Assembly: GCA_030390025.1 (NCBI GenBank)
Contig: CM059432.1
Coordinates: forward strand, 28,150,001-28,214,000
Direction of reading: 5' to 3'
DNA from: Squalus acanthias
Lineage: Eukaryota
Length of the DNA: 64,000 nucleotides
Positions within the stretch are counted from its first letter, which is position 1. The number at the start of each line of letters is the position of its first letter. The position numbers and the translations under genes were made by a program. The notes beneath the pieces were generated by a model. That model worked only from the letters and a program-made list of their open reading frames with translations. It was not told the origin of the DNA and ran no database searches. This document shows, in pieces, positions 61,790 to 64,000 of this stretch.

Positions 61790-63213
61790 AAAGAATGAGA
61801 ACGGGAAAAAATTCAGGATGAAAACAGAAGAGTAGCAGACAGATATGCCTATCTACTATTTAAAGCGATTAAAATAGGAACACTCTATTCTCAATGATAT
61901 CATCATCTCTCAAGGAGTCTGCACCTGTTGTACCACCGCCCCCACCCCCCATCCTCCAATGTCTTAGCCTTCGATTTAACTGTACAGCAGAACTTGCAAT
62001 TTAAATCGAAGTGGCTGCTTCCATCCCCACGACTGGGTAAATATCGTGCATAATGTGACACAGAGCCACAGGAGAGGAAGACCCTATTGTGGAACACTGG
62101 TCTGTATTGGATTAGCCAATCTCAACCAGGGTTGTAGTTGTAGGCATCACAATTTTCTCCAGTGTCCCAGGTCTGGGGAATAGGGACAGTGGGGAGGGCA
62201 GGGGTCGGGGGGGTCGGGGGTTAAATCTGGCTGTGATCCAGTGTGTCCCATAACCCCTGCTGGAAAGTCCATGTGTGAGCGTTGGGTGAGGCTGGGACAG
62301 TCCTTGGTGTCACATAGCCTGCAGACGTTCTCTGTCTAGGCTCATGCATGAATAATGGCCTCTTGGTGAAGAGCCAGAGACCTGCAAATATACGTGGATC
62401 CGTAGCCCAGCAAGAATGATCAGTGTCAGAAGAAGGGAGAAATGAATCAGTTATGAGACCTTGTGGGGGTGAAACTGGTCTTGATGTAAATAGAAAAGGA
62501 AATCGGGCGAGGTGTAAAACAGGCTGGCAATTCGCTATGAGCCCGTTTTATGCTACTGACAATGACCAATTTCACACCCTGTGTATCCAATAAAACAGAA
62601 ATGGAGTAAGAAAGATTCTTTTTAAAGTTCCCAAAATCAAAAACTTCATTCCTTTTAGTCTATAAATAGTTAATGAGACACTTTACTACAGTGTAGGGTG
62701 GAGATTTCAAACACACGGAAAAGGGAAAGCTCAGCAAGAGTAAGATTCACCTCAGGCAGTCTCTGTCTCTCACGCTGACCTGTCTGCATCTTTCCATCTC
62801 CTCCGAGGTGATTTAATCCTTTAATCTAAACCACCACAGCTGGAGAAACCCGCTGTTGTAAAATGCTATGTATCATAAAATCTCAGATGAAAGAAACCTT
62901 GCTGCAGACTGGTATTATTCTTCTCTAAGTAACCTGACTGGGGGCTAATGATACGATACTCTGCTGTTTTTGGAAAAAAATAATGATTGGTGCCAGTGCC
63001 TTTCATTTTCAGAATCCAAATTTTACACGTGTCATCAACAATATGAAGCAAGCGAATGAGTGAAAATGGGCAGAAAGCAAAACACAAAATGGTCTACCTT
63101 ATTGGGCCTCACCCAAGGCCTGGGCCTTTATTTATTCAGAAATGGAAGGAGACATTTTAGGGAATGTATTCCCAAATGTCCTGTGGCTGGGAAAATTAAC
63201 CACATGTAGGAAA

Positions 63214-64000
63214 ACATAAGAACATAAGAATAAGAAATAGGAGCAGGAGTAGGCCAATCGGCCCCTCGAGCCTGCTCCGCCATTCAATAAGATCATGGCT
63301 GATCTGATCCTAACCGCCAATCTACTATCTATCACAGAACCATCTCCTGCATCTAACAGAATTGCACACACGAAATAGGAGCAGAATCAGGCTACACAGT
63401 CCCTGGGCCCGCTCCACTACCCACAGGGCCATGACCGATCCGAACCTAGACTCATGTCCAAATTCCTGCCCGCTCCCCGTAACCCTTAATGCCCTTTACT
63501 TCTAGGAAACTGTCTATTTCTGTTTTAAATTTAATTAATGTTGTAGCTTCTACAGCTTTTTGTGGCAGCATATTCCATGGACCTACCACCCTCTGAGTGA
63601 AGTAGTTCCTCCTCATCTCAGTTTTGAAAGAGCAGCCCCTTATTCTAAGACTATGTCCCCTAGTTCTCGTCTCACCCGTCATCGGGAACATCCTCCCCGC
63701 ATCCACCCGATCCAACCCCTTCACAATCTTATATGTTTCAATAAGATCGCCTCTCATTCTTCTGAACTCCAATGAGTAGAGTCCCAATCTACCCAACCTC
63801 TCCTCATATGACCACCCCCTCATCCCCGGGATTAACCGAGTGAACCTTTTTTGCACTGCCTCGAGAGCAAGGATGTCTTTCCTTAAGTAAGGACACCAAA
63901 ACTGTATGCAGTATTCCAGGTGCGGTCTCACCAATACCTTGTACAACTGAAGCAATACCTCCCTATTTTTATATTCTATCCCCCTAGCAATGAAAGCCAA
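63214..64000 (-). mobile_element. CR1 3' end running off the window, with a duplicated 3' UTR module
   Basis: Open ORF2 C-terminus 63452-64000; (ttcttatg)n tail at 63214-63233. Confidence 0.93.

Overview
This is eukaryotic vertebrate DNA, almost certainly from a shark or other elasmobranch (HE1/V-SINE, SacSINE1-like DeuSINEs, abundant CR1 LINEs). Two spliced genes overlap head-to-tail. On the minus strand are ten consecutive thyroglobulin (TG) coding exons, equivalent to human exons 32-41 (type-3 Cys repeats and the first half of the cholinesterase-like domain), at 46258 down to 21033. On the plus strand, nested antisense in the intron after TG exon 41, are the last five coding exons of Src-like adaptor (SLA/SLAP; end of SH3, SH2, C-terminal tail) at 733-14402. 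All 15 exons have AG/GT boundaries and join in frame. The rest is mostly transposable elements: young and old CR1 LINEs, L2 and Tx1 fragments, several SINE families, PIF/Harbinger-type MITEs and Myb/SANT remnants, a Tc1/pogo-type MITE and a hairpin insertion. The most unusual item is a single-ORF LINE that begins with a tRNA-Thr-like Pol III head, together with a SINE that looks like an internal-deletion derivative of it. Exon numbers, family names and human comparisons come from recalled sequences, not database searches. Repeat boundaries without a stated TSD are approximate.
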